A stretch of DNA of 64,000 bases from an uncultured virus (IMG/VR IMGVR_UViG_3300008110_000081) (Duplodnaviria > Heunggongvirae > Uroviricota > Caudoviricetes). The DNA is taken from the IMG/VR virus record IMGVR_UViG_3300008110_000081. One strand, given 5' to 3'. The notes under the pieces were generated by a model, which was given only the letters and a program-made list of their open reading frames with translations, was not told the DNA's origin and did no database searches. Positions 64,000 through 64,000 of the stretch are shown one piece after another (position 1 is the stretch's first letter; every line of letters starts with the position of its first letter). A program made the translations under genes and the position numbers.

Positions 64000-64000
64000 G

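Noticed and set aside
1..64000. Stop-codon reassignment (TAG or TGA) as in some crAss-like phages
   Set aside because: Genes are full length in the standard code; TAG ends MCP just before its terminator and TGA ends the nuclease gene. Reading through the TAG at 22520 does not reach the downstream frame.
1..64000. tRNA or rRNA genes
   Set aside because: Intergenic gaps are short and AT-rich with no cloverleaf or T-loop consensus noticed; tRNAscan-SE would confirm.

Overview
64 kb of an AT-rich Crassvirales-like (crAss-like) phage genome, probably infecting a Bacteroidota host (inferred). Every real gene is on the minus strand and reads in the standard code. In transcription order (right to left): putative receptor-binding genes, a lysis cassette (holin-like genes and a u-spanin-like lipoprotein), small regulatory/nuclease genes, terL, portal, scaffold-like gene, major capsid protein, a cluster of tiny Lys-rich ORFs mostly missed by the ORF track, a ring protein, a Dps/ferritin-like gene, a block of very Cys-rich structural genes, an HU-like gene, ring and muzzle (tail) genes, GG-motif cargo proteins and three giant ejection proteins. 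The last of these (start 12539, >=4179 aa, runs off the left end, absent from the ORF track) is the virion RNA polymerase (DFDID), fused in one frame to a zincin, a Dda/RecD2-like helicase and a further P-loop domain. Most notable observations: a candidate ~75-nt 3'UTR-derived sRNA (37429-37503) antisense to a GTCAG(TCA)..ACCAAC(A) motif found in six translation-initiation regions; a -1 frame junction that could fuse two cargo ORFs; and the basic micro-protein array. All assignments come from motifs and synteny; no database search was run.
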